NCBI RefSeq assembly: GCF_009909105.1
Contig: NZ_JAAAPK010000002.1
Coordinates: 477,827-541,826, forward strand
Reading direction: 5' to 3'
Origin: Corallococcus exiguus
GTDB lineage: Bacteria > Myxococcota > Myxococcia > Myxococcales > Myxococcaceae
DNA: 64,000 bases
Shown here: positions 29,067-38,929 of the stretch, in pieces
Position numbering within the stretch: the first letter of the stretch is position 1
How the letters are laid out: each line of letters begins with the position of its first letter
The notes under the pieces: model-generated
Database searches by the model: none
The model's input: only the letters and a program-made list of their open reading frames with translations
Told to the model about the DNA's origin: nothing
Program-made: the position numbers and the translations under genes

Positions 29067-29418
29067 TGTGTGAGAAGCCCAGTCGATGCAGAGCCCTCTG
29101 CATGGAGGGGCGGCTGGTGACGATGCCCGTGCGGGCCGTCAACGCGGCCATCAGTTCGCGCACCGTCGCGTCCGGCTTCTGAGTCACCAGTCGCTTGATC
29201 ACGATGGTCACCTTGCCCCGAATAGGCGAGAAGTTGCCGCCACCTTTGGGACGCGGCACGACGTCTCCTGTCTCTCGGTACAGCCGCAGGACGCGGCTGA
29301 CCGTCGCCTCGCCAATGCCCAACAGGTGGGCAATTTGCGCATATGCCAAGCCCTCGTCGTGGCAGTCTCTCACGATGGCTCGTCGCAGCTTCTCCGGGGT
29401 GGGATGCCCTTCGCTCAT
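28990..29418 (-). CDS. IS630 transposase OrfA (HTH DNA-binding part)
   Basis: LRRAIVRDCHDEGLAYAQIAHLLGIGEATVSRVLRLYRETGDV... is the typical IS630 N-terminal HTH. Confidence 0.8.
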   Translation of the reverse strand: MSEGHPTPEKLRRAIVRDCHDEGLAYAQIAHLLGIGEATVSRVLRLYRETGDVVPRPKGGGNFSPIRGKVTIVIKRLVTQKPDATVRELMAALTARTGIVTSRPSMQRALHRLGFSHKKSPSPPASATRLITSGAGASSPRS

Positions 29419-29478
29419 CCCCAGAGAAGATCAAACCTCGACGATCGCGTCAAACGAGCCCCGGGTTAGTCACGAGTG

Positions 29479-30348
29479 CTACAGTGTATACTCGGTTTCG
29501 ACAGTGATGCTGCCAATGTAGTTCGAGAAGGTTGTGCATTCTTCGTCATCTAAGTCATCTTTTGTGTAACTTGGGTTGGAGACGTAAAAATGCACTTTGT
29601 CGCCGACGCATTCCATTGTGATATCGCCGGCGCTGTTCTGAGTGATTGTCTTGTAGCCCGTGTAGTAGTTCAGATGTCTTGACGGCGCTTCGCCGAGCAC
29701 GATTATCTGGGGGTCGAGCTGCTCTAACCATGAGTCTGGAATCTTGCCGGAGTCGCGCCCATGATGGGCGGCGAAGACCACGGTCGTCTTCTCAAGCTTG
29801 ATGCTGTCGGCGATGTTCTTCATGAATTCTGTCTCGAGATCGCCGAGCCACATTATGGAAGCACCGTTCTGAACAGAGTAGCGAATTACTGCTGATGTGT
29901 TGTTGTAGCTCTCGCCCGCATCGCACGATGCCAGTGCTTCTTGGAAGTGCTTGTTTGATGTGTCAGGCCAAAGGATGTTGATGCCGGAGGAAGATCGTTC
30001 GTTGTCGTCCAGGTTCATCCATTTTCGACTACATCCCTTGTAGATATAGAATGCCTTGTCGCTATCTCTGAGTTGGCAGTAGCGCTTAAACGATACGGTC
30101 TCCTCGTCCTTGGTGGCCTGATTTTTCACTACGTAAAAATTCCAGATCGGCATTGCTTTATCAAGTAGCTCAATGCCTCCGAAGTGATCTTGATCGGGGT
30201 GAGTGCAGATGAACCGGGTTATTTTCTTGCCTGCTGATTTTTTCTTGATTTCACTGATGATGCCATCGGCATTGTTTCGGTTAGATTGCAGTCGATGATG
30301 GTGAAGTTGTCGCTGTTGTGTTTTATGTAAAACATGTCACCATTGCCG
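29479..30348 (-). pseudogene. MBL-fold metallo-hydrolase gene disrupted by a frameshift (or sequencing indel) near its 5' end
   Basis: The downstream frame is ...RFICTHPDQDHFGGIELLDKAMPIWNFYVV...VVFAAHHGRDSG, which carries the HxHxDH metal site. The first 30 codons (MSIIKSFSVGNGDMFYIKHNSDNFTIIDCNL) lie in another frame upstream and end at a stop after ~20 more codons. The frames change around + strand ~30230-30260. GC is around 45%. Confidence 0.6.
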
Positions 30349-30490
30349 ACGGAGAAGCTTTTGATGATGGACATTTGTCCTCTCTGTTGTGGCTGGGGTG
30401 TGATTTGGCTGGGTGTGAAGTGTTTGTGGTCGGCGATTGCTTCGTGTGTTGCCTGTGTGTGTGCTTAAGATGGTCGCTTTTTTGTCCTCT

Positions 30491-30563
30491 TGTGGCTGTG
30501 GCTGTGGCTGTGGCTGTGGCTGTGGCTGTGGCTGTGGCTGTGGCTGTGGCTGTGGCTGTGGCT
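30491..30563. repeat. Perfect hexanucleotide microsatellite (GGCTGT)~12
   Basis: It reads tgtggctgtggctgtggctg... directly in the sequence. It is intergenic within the low-GC island, between the MBL pseudogene and the next membrane protein gene. Confidence 0.95.
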
Positions 30564-30783
30564 TGGTTCGGGTAGATGACGTTGTGTCTGGTGTGTGTGT
30601 TGTCGGTCGCCGTGCTTCCCGGGTGGACGAGGCCTTGCTGCATTAGATGGCAGTCGCATCCCTATTCGTGAGCCTTCCGGCGGAAAGTCGATCTTGAGCC
30701 GCGCGCTCTTTGATTGAAGTTCTCGGTGTCTGCCCGGTCGATAGAGAAGGCGTAGACTTGGCTCCTGCGCTTGTTCGGGCGGA

Positions 30784-31440
30784 TCAGGGTTTCGGAGGCA
30801 ACGAGGGAGTCGCGGAGGCTGGGGCTAGTGTCTTCAGTTCCATCGCAAGGAAGACCTCATAGAGGGCCTGTTCAGCGAGTGGTTGATAGCGACGGTAACG
30901 GCTGTAGAACGCAACAGCAGTTCCCACGCTAAGCGCTATAATGGCGGCAACCTGCCAGGCCTGAAGGCTGTTATATCTCTCTCCTAGCGTAATCGCGCCC
31001 CCAACAACCGCTGCGACCATGAGCCCTCGCGACATGTCGCGGAGAGCCACGAACTTGTCGTAGACTTCCCGCTTGCCCTCAACTTGCGTCAAGCAAATGC
31101 CCAGCAGCGCAGAGTCCGGTACCTGCACCTGGGCAGCGGACAGTCGCTGTCCTACGATGCGTGCCACTTGCTCTCGGAGTGCGTTACAGGTCTTGTAGTC
31201 TTTGTTGGCTGCACGAGGCGGATCGATTCTTCGAGTGACTAGGTCGCCGACGCCCTGGTTGAGAATTCCTGCAATGTAGGCAAAGACGACCAGCGATTCT
31301 GTGCTGGATAGATTGATGTGCCTCTGGAGGGTGACTCCCCATGGCCAGATTGCCATGATCACGGATCCGGGCACTAGGACGGCCAAAAGCTCGTAAAACC
31401 AGCTCTTGAGGACATTGAAGACTTTCGAAATGAAGTCCAT
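30784..31440 (-). CDS. Hypothetical membrane protein (3 predicted TM helices), low-GC island
   Basis: MDFISKVFNVLKSWFYELLAVLVPGSVIMAIW... The TM helices are near residues 17-37, 148-165 and 172-190. No motif recognised; AT-rich codon usage. Confidence 0.5.
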   Translation of the reverse strand: MDFISKVFNVLKSWFYELLAVLVPGSVIMAIWPWGVTLQRHINLSSTESLVVFAYIAGILNQGVGDLVTRRIDPPRAANKDYKTCNALREQVARIVGQRLSAAQVQVPDSALLGICLTQVEGKREVYDKFVALRDMSRGLMVAAVVGGAITLGERYNSLQAWQVAAIIALSVGTAVAFYSRYRRYQPLAEQALYEVFLAMELKTLAPASATPSLPPKP

Positions 31441-31490
31441 GGAATCTCAGACTTGAGAGGAGAGAAGGTGGACTCCTGCTGCTGCGCTGA

Positions 31491-32447
31491 TCAAGGCAGC
31501 CCTCTATCGCTAGCAATCCTAGCTACGTCAGCCAGTTCTCCTGCGTCAGGCAGACCGCCATCGGCGTCCACCTGACGTGACCGCGCAGCGGAACTCCCGG
31601 TGGACCCTGGAGAGGCGATGGTGATGGCCAAGGGTGGTGGCTTGAGTTCCGGCCTGATCTGAGCTGAAAGCAGCACAAGCCCTGCGCCAAGGCCAATAAG
31701 GAACACAAGAACGGTGCCCTTACGTGGTGCAGGTGCAGAGAGACCTTCCTCCTGCTGTTGGGCAGGTGCTGTAGCGACAGGCGCAGGCGTAGCATGGGCG
31801 GCGAGCGCCTGCGAAGTCCGGGCCGACGTTGGTGGAACAGGCGGCGTTTTCACCGGTGCAGCGGTCTCAGCGGAGGCGGGCGAAATTTGGACCGGTGCGG
31901 TACTCGTGAGCGGTGTTGTTACCACCGCAGCGAACGCAGTGGATGCGTGAGGCTCTTGTGCAGGCGTAGCAGGAGTGGACGCAGGCGGCGTGGGCGCCGA
32001 TCGCGCTGCTTGAAGGGTTGTGTCTAGCGAAGCTGTAGTCGGGGCAGAGAGGACGGACGGTGGCTGAGCAGACGCGGCAGATGCGATGGGCGCAGGTGGC
32101 GGTTGTGCAGCGACGAGCGTCGGGGAAATGTTTTTGTCTTCCAACGTAACAGGGCGCGGGGCCACAGACTCGAAGTCGTGCACCAACCCTGCCAAGCCCA
32201 CGACGGCACAGCCCAAGGCGATGGCTAAAATTGCGGCCTTGAGAAACATCACCTCTTGCAGTGCGGAAAGGCTCACGACGGCGTAGAGGTGTGAGACCAA
32301 CTCTGGACTTGCCGCTTCTTGTTCCCCAAGCGCCGTCAGCGCCCGGGATGCCCCACTGCTAAGCCGGGATGCAATGCATATAAAAGAGACCAGGATGAAG
32401 ACGGCAAGCATCACGCTGGGCCATCGCTTAGGAGCCATTTCTATCAT
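31491..32447 (-). CDS. Hypothetical membrane protein with long Pro/Ala/Thr/Ser-rich low-complexity region
   Basis: Two N-terminal TM helices, a ~150-residue PAT-rich spacer (PPPAPIASAASAQPPSVLSAPTTAS...), then a third TM helix (VLVFLIGLGAGLVLLSA) and a C-terminal tail. Confidence 0.5.
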   Translation of the reverse strand: MIEMAPKRWPSVMLAVFILVSFICIASRLSSGASRALTALGEQEAASPELVSHLYAVVSLSALQEVMFLKAAILAIALGCAVVGLAGLVHDFESVAPRPVTLEDKNISPTLVAAQPPPAPIASAASAQPPSVLSAPTTASLDTTLQAARSAPTPPASTPATPAQEPHASTAFAAVVTTPLTSTAPVQISPASAETAAPVKTPPVPPTSARTSQALAAHATPAPVATAPAQQQEEGLSAPAPRKGTVLVFLIGLGAGLVLLSAQIRPELKPPPLAITIASPGSTGSSAARSRQVDADGGLPDAGELADVARIASDRGLP

Positions 32448-33143
32448 GTGTTGCCTGGTTGCATTGGTGCCATGCGCAGTGGTTTCGTAGTGTTGGGCTC
32501 TTGCGAGTTGAAGGCGAGCCTATGTGGGCGTCAAGAGCCGTACCCTTTCTAGTGGGCTGTTGAAGATGTCTGTGTTGGAGTCCTGAGAGTCGCCTCGCAT
32601 GTGCGCGTGGCTGCTTTATGGATCTGTCTGTGGCAGCGGAGAGTCGGTAAATTTAGACGCATGCGGCCGTCGGTCGCGTCATCCTCAGTAGGTTGCATGC
32701 GGCTCCGAAGAAATAGGCGGCCAGTTGCGTTCTCGGTTCGCCTTTAAAGATTGTCTTGCGGATGCCGCCCTCCGTCTTCATTTAGTCCCAAATCTCCTCG
32801 ACTCATTTGTGTTCCCGCTGGCCGGTAGCCCGCGCTCGCTGGCGTAGGCATGCCGATGGCAGAGCGGCGTCGAGCGCTGGCTTTCTGTGGAACGAGCTGC
32901 GTGACGGCCAGATGGTAACAATCCGCCACGAGGGCCTGCGTGTTGTTAGAGTTTACGCTACGAGCTCACTTGGACTCGTTCTCCCGCTTGGAGTGTCAAT
33001 GTCTTCCGGTAATTCCGCCACTTTGGCAGTCCGATTTAATTCAGGCTGGCCGTGGCGTTTGCGAGCCGCCTCGGGGGTTCTAATCAAGCTGACGCGGAAG
33101 TACTTGTTAATGCGTTGTGTGACACTCCACGGCCTTCGCGGCC

Positions 33144-33512
33144 TTACTTCTGATACCAGTTTGTCCCGCGCTGCGGACTGACGTATGGCCCCTCCCTCAG
33201 TACGGTGTGGCCGTCGAAGCTCACAATGCAGGTCGTCCGGTCCACGAATTGAACCGAGGCGATCCGTGCTTCAGCACAAACAATGGGGCTGGAGGCGCCA
33301 TGGCCGCACCTGTGAAATCGAACCTCTTCACCTCGCTGGGCAGCCGCTTCACAGAGACGCCCGACCTCACTGGTCGTGGTGATGAGCTTGACCCGGTCAG
33401 CGTCAATCCAATCATTCATCCAGGTGCGATTTGGGTCGTCTTTGTGGTGGACAACCAAATGGAGCATGCGTTCCTCGGTCTGAGCGGCTTTGGCCATACG
33501 AGGGGTTGTCAT
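33144..33512 (-). CDS. Hypothetical small protein (122 aa)
   Basis: Balanced, non-repetitive composition (MTTPRMAKAAQTEERMLHLVVHHKDDPNRTWMNDWID...). Intermediate GC (~57%), so it may belong to the island. Confidence 0.4.
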   Translation of the reverse strand: MTTPRMAKAAQTEERMLHLVVHHKDDPNRTWMNDWIDADRVKLITTTSEVGRLCEAAAQRGEEVRFHRCGHGASSPIVCAEARIASVQFVDRTTCIVSFDGHTVLREGPYVSPQRGTNWYQK

Positions 33513-33634
33513 GCCAGGGCCTACGGAAAAAATTAATGCCTCGAACGGGGGATTGACACCCGTACGAAAACGCCGCCTCGCTTCCGGACTGACCGGAAGC
33601 GGGCGGCGTGGGCACTGCCTGAAGTCGCGAAGAA

Positions 33635-35233
33635 CTACCGGCGCTTGAGCGCCGCGTCCGCGTGCTTCTCCATGAACTCCGAATACGGGCCGTTGAAGTC
33701 GAGCACTTCCTTGCCCGCCTCCAGGCTCCAGATGCGGGTCGCGACCTCGGAGATGAGCTCCTGGTCGTGCGTCACGCAGATGACCGTGCCGTCGAACTTG
33801 GACAGGCCTTCCGCCAGCGCCGCGATGGACTCCAGGTCCAGGTGGTTCGTCGGCTCGTCGAGGATCAACACGTTGTCCTGCGTGATCATCAGCTTGGACA
33901 ACAGCACTCGCACCGTCTCACCACCGGAGAGCGTGTCCGTCGCCTTCATCCGCTCCTCACCCGAGAAGAGCATCCGGCCCAACACGCCTGAAATCTCCTC
34001 GTTCGTCAGCTTCTCGCTGATCTCGCGCAGGTAGCCGAAGCACGTCGTGCCCTTGTGGATGACGCCGTGGTGGTCCTGCGGCAGGTAGCCCACCGTCGCC
34101 TGGTGGCCCCAGGTGATGGTCCCCGCGTCCGGCTCCAGCTGGTTGGCCAGCATCTTCACCAGCGTGGACTTACCCACGGCGTTGCGGCCAATCACGCAGA
34201 TGCGCTCACCCTTGCAGACCAGGCCCGTGAACGGCTTGATGACCGGCACCCCGTCGAAGGACTTCTTCAGGCCCTCGAACATCAGCGTCTGACGACCGCT
34301 GATCACCTTCTGGTCGAACCGGATGAACGGCCGCGCGATGTTCGAGCGCTTCAGGTCCTCCGTCTTCAGCTTGTCGATCTGCTTGATGCGGCTCTGCACC
34401 TGCGACGCTCGCGTACCGGCGTGGAAGCGCGCCACGAAGTCCTGCAGCTGGGCGATCTTCTTCTTCTTCTCTTCCGTCTCGGACTCGACCCGGGTCCGCA
34501 GCTGCGACTTCTGCCGGACCATGTCGTCGTAACCACCCGTGTACTGGATGATGGTCTCGTAATCGATGTCCGCGATGTGCGTGCAGATGGAGTTCAGGAA
34601 GTGCCGGTCGTGGCTGATGGTGATCAGCACGCCCTCGTACACATGCAGGAAGTTCTCCAGCCAGCGGATGGAGTCGATATCCAGGTTGTTCGTGGGCTCG
34701 TCGAGCAGCAGCCCTTCCGGCTTGCCGAACAGCGCCTGCGCGAGCAGCACGCGCAGCTTCAGGCCGCCCGTCAGCTGGCGCATGGGCTCTTCGTGGAAGG
34801 ACTCCTCGATGCCCAGACCGGCCAGCAGCGTGGCCGCGTCGCTCTCCGCCGAATAGCCGTCTTCTTCCGCGATGACGCCTTCCAGCTCACCCAGCCGGTT
34901 GCCGTCCTCCTCGGTGATGTCGGACTTGGCGAGGAGCTTGTTCTTCTCGTCCATCGCCGCCCACAGGTGGCGGTTGCCCATCAGCACCACGTCGATGACG
35001 CGGTCGCTCTCGTAGCGGAAGTGGTCCTGGCGCAGGATGCCCAGCTTCCGCGGGCGGATGATGTCGCCCATGTCCTGCTCCTCGTCTCCCGCGAGGATCT
35101 TCATGAACGTGGACTTGCCGGCCCCGTTCGGACCGGTCAGGCCGTAGCGGCGGCCCGGCGAGAAGGCGACGTTGACCTCCTCGAACAGCTTCTTGGGCCC
35201 ATAGGCCTTGGAGACGTTGATGACGTTGAACAT
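33635..35233 (-). CDS. ABC-F family ATPase (two tandem ABC domains, no TM domain; YbiT/Uup/EttA-like)
   Basis: Two Walker A boxes (GPNGAGKST, GRNAVGKST) and two signature motifs (LTGGLKLR, LSGGETVR), separated by a charged linker (ESETEEKKKKIAQLQ). The start MFNVINVSKAY was chosen over the ORF-track extension. Confidence 0.85.
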   Translation of the reverse strand: MFNVINVSKAYGPKKLFEEVNVAFSPGRRYGLTGPNGAGKSTFMKILAGDEEQDMGDIIRPRKLGILRQDHFRYESDRVIDVVLMGNRHLWAAMDEKNKLLAKSDITEEDGNRLGELEGVIAEEDGYSAESDAATLLAGLGIEESFHEEPMRQLTGGLKLRVLLAQALFGKPEGLLLDEPTNNLDIDSIRWLENFLHVYEGVLITISHDRHFLNSICTHIADIDYETIIQYTGGYDDMVRQKSQLRTRVESETEEKKKKIAQLQDFVARFHAGTRASQVQSRIKQIDKLKTEDLKRSNIARPFIRFDQKVISGRQTLMFEGLKKSFDGVPVIKPFTGLVCKGERICVIGRNAVGKSTLVKMLANQLEPDAGTITWGHQATVGYLPQDHHGVIHKGTTCFGYLREISEKLTNEEISGVLGRMLFSGEERMKATDTLSGGETVRVLLSKLMITQDNVLILDEPTNHLDLESIAALAEGLSKFDGTVICVTHDQELISEVATRIWSLEAGKEVLDFNGPYSEFMEKHADAALKRR

Positions 35234-35248
35234 GGCGGCGGCTTGTAA

Positions 35249-36685
<1,437 letters not shown>

Positions 36686-36794
36686 AGTCCGGGCGGGTGG
36701 CCCTCCGCCCGCCCTCCGGCCGGGTTGTGATGGGCCGCACGCGGGCGGCGGTGCGGCGGGACGTGGCGGGTTAGCCTGCGGTGCTACCTGCCGC

Positions 36795-37979
36795 ATGGAC
36801 CCGCGCGTCGCCACCCTCCTGAGTCACGTCCGCTCGAGCGCGGAGAACCGGCCCGGCGTGTACCGGTTCTTCGGTCCAGCCGGGGAGCTGCTCTACGTGG
36901 GCAAGTCCGTGCGGGTGCGCACGCGGCTCCTGTCGTACTTCCGCGCGGACGAGGGCGAGAAGGCCTGGGAGATCGTCGCCCAGGCGCACCAGGTGGAGTG
37001 GGAGTACACGGCCAGCGAGTTCGCGGCGCTGCTCCATGAGTTCCGGCTGATCAAGAGCCACCGGCCCCTCTACAACGTGGAGCACAAGCGCGACCGCGCG
37101 CACTGCTTCCTCCAACTCACGCGCGAGGCCGTGCCCCGGCTGCGCGTGGTGGGCCAGCCCGGTGGCGGTGGGCGCGCGGAGTACTTCGGGCCCTTCCATG
37201 GCCGGCACACCATGGTGGACGTGGTGCGCGCGGTGAACGACCTGCTGGAGCTTCGCGACTGCCCGTCCGAGACGCCCATGCGGCTGGCGGATCAGATCCA
37301 GCTCTTCCCCCTGAAGGACGACCCGCGGTGCATGCGCGGGCAGACGGCGCGGTGCCTGTCGCCGTGCGCGGGCGGGTGCACGACGGCGGAGTACCTGGCG
37401 CAGGTCGCGCTGGCTCGGGCGTTCCTCAACGGCGAGTCGGACCGGCCGCTGGTCATCCTGCGCGAGCGCATGGCGATGGCGGCGCGGCGGCTCCAGTTCG
37501 AATACGCGGCGGAGCTGAGAGATCGCGCGGAGCGGCTGGAGAACGTGCAGGCGTGGATCGTCGAGCTGGGGCGCACGCTGCGGCGGCTGTCGCTGGTCTA
37601 CACGGTGCGCGGGCACGGCAGGGAGGACCGCACGTACGTACTGCGGCGCGGGCGGATCCGCGCGGAGGTGCCCACGCCCCGGACGACGGAGGAGCAGGCG
37701 GCGCTGGACGCACGCGTGCGGGACATCTTCGACGTGCCGGAGCCCGAGGCGATTGGCCTCCGCGCGCAGGAGGCCCAGGAGGTGATGCTCGTCGCGAAGT
37801 GGTTCCGCCTGCACCCGGCGGAGCTGGATGCGACGGTGCCTGCCCCCGCGCGGGCCGGGAGCGACGAGCCCTTCGAGGAGGCCGCGGAGGCGCGGGCCGC
37901 GCTCGCTCGCACGCTGGAGCGCACCGTGGAGGGGCCGGACGAACCGGAGCCCGACGTCGCCTCCGAGCCGGTGGGGTGA
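36795..37979 (+). CDS. GIY-YIG nuclease / UvrC-homologous excinuclease (Cho-like)
   Basis: GIY-YIG core (PGVYRFFGPAGELLYVGKS...RLLSYF), a UvrC-family region and a UVR-like helix (EYAAELRDRAERLENV). It lacks the UvrC C-terminal RNaseH/HhH part. Confidence 0.6.
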   Translation: MDPRVATLLSHVRSSAENRPGVYRFFGPAGELLYVGKSVRVRTRLLSYFRADEGEKAWEIVAQAHQVEWEYTASEFAALLHEFRLIKSHRPLYNVEHKRDRAHCFLQLTREAVPRLRVVGQPGGGGRAEYFGPFHGRHTMVDVVRAVNDLLELRDCPSETPMRLADQIQLFPLKDDPRCMRGQTARCLSPCAGGCTTAEYLAQVALARAFLNGESDRPLVILRERMAMAARRLQFEYAAELRDRAERLENVQAWIVELGRTLRRLSLVYTVRGHGREDRTYVLRRGRIRAEVPTPRTTEEQAALDARVRDIFDVPEPEAIGLRAQEAQEVMLVAKWFRLHPAELDATVPAPARAGSDEPFEEAAEARAALARTLERTVEGPDEPEPDVASEPVG

Positions 37980-38158
37980 TGACGCCGGACATCACCCCGC
38001 GCACGGCTGTCATCAGCGGTGCGGGCCTTCGTTGACGAGGACTGGCCCACGGGCCTTGGAAACACAGGGGTTTGGCGTTCACCCCAGGAATCACGAGCGC
38101 TGGCACGCGCCGTGCTCATGGGACAGGCATCCCCGCTGTTTCCACGAGGCCCTGTCCC

Positions 38159-38917
38159 ATGGCGATCTCCTCTCTCTCTCGTCCGTCCTCCACCCCATGC
38201 GCGAAGGTGTCCCCCGAAGCCGCGCAGGCCCCGAGGAATGTCGTGGTGAAGGTCGTCAACGCCGACGGCTCTCCCGTGAAGACGGTGGACTCCGCGAAGC
38301 AGCCCCAGGAGTTCGCCAAGCTGCTGAAGGAGCTGGGTCTGACGAAGGAGTCCCTGCTGAAGGGCGAGGGCGCGAAGGCCCAGGGCCCGAAGCCCACCGG
38401 CTCGCAGAGCTTCCAGCAGAACTGGCAGCGCGACAGCTTCGAGCCTTCCAAGGCCCAGGCCCAGAAGCCCCAGCCCGCTCCGGCCCCGACTCCCGCTCCT
38501 GCACAGGCGCAGGGTGCGAAGGGCCCGTCCTCCGGCAAGAGCGCGGATCAGGTGGCCCAGGACATCGCGAAGGAGGCCACGTCCTGGAAGTACGACTACT
38601 CGGGCGGCAAGACGTGGGATGCCGCCATGAAGAACTCCAGCAACTTCGACGCGTCCAAGTCCGGCGTCTGCGTGGACATGGCCATCGAGGCCGAGCAGCG
38701 CTTCGAGCAGGCCGGCGTGGACGCGCGCGTCGTCTTCGGCAATACGGACCGGGGCGCCCACGCGTGGGTGGAGTTCAAGGACGACAAGGGCCAGTTCCAG
38801 GCCTTCGACCCTACCGCCGCGGCCTGCACCAAGAAGGCCGACGACGCCATCACCCCGTATGACAGCGGCGCCTACCAGTACCAGGGCGTCACCGAGACCC
38901 ACCAGGCCGTGGGCTGA
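38159..38917 (+). CDS. Hypothetical protein with Pro/Ala-rich linker and a C-terminal Cys...His...Asp region (transglutaminase/papain-like fold possible)
   Basis: KSGVCVDMAIEAE...GAHAWVEFKDDKG...D is spaced like a Cys-His-Asp triad of transglutaminase-like proteases. The start is uncertain; the ORF track begins at 38072. Confidence 0.4.
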   Translation: MAISSLSRPSSTPCAKVSPEAAQAPRNVVVKVVNADGSPVKTVDSAKQPQEFAKLLKELGLTKESLLKGEGAKAQGPKPTGSQSFQQNWQRDSFEPSKAQAQKPQPAPAPTPAPAQAQGAKGPSSGKSADQVAQDIAKEATSWKYDYSGGKTWDAAMKNSSNFDASKSGVCVDMAIEAEQRFEQAGVDARVVFGNTDRGAHAWVEFKDDKGQFQAFDPTAAACTKKADDAITPYDSGAYQYQGVTETHQAVG

Positions 38918-38929
38918 AGTCCCCTCGGC

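Larger units (their letters stand above)
28443..29468 (-). mobile_element. IS630-family insertion sequence (~1.03 kb) with imperfect terminal inverted repeats and flanking TA
   Basis: The transposase is in two frames (below). The ends TAACGCCGGGATCAG (28443-) and the reverse complement TAACCCGGGGCTCGT (-29468) match at about 11 of 15 positions. Both ends are at TA dinucleotides, as expected for IS630/Tc1 target duplication. It sits next to the low-GC island. Confidence 0.7.

Noticed and set aside
30491-30563. Possible CRISPR array
   Set aside because: It is a perfect 6-bp microsatellite with no spacers, so it is not a repeat-spacer structure.
32800-33140. Possible tRNA/tmRNA integration target at the island's far edge
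   Set aside because: No convincing cloverleaf or T-loop (GTTCGAATC-like) sequence was found by eye. GGGGTTCTAATC at ~33075 is only a weak resemblance.
36686-36740. GC-rich hairpin (GGGCGGG...CCCGCCC) after tgt as terminator
   Set aside because: A stem is present, but there is no downstream T-tract. This is plausible in a high-GC organism, but the evidence is too weak to annotate.
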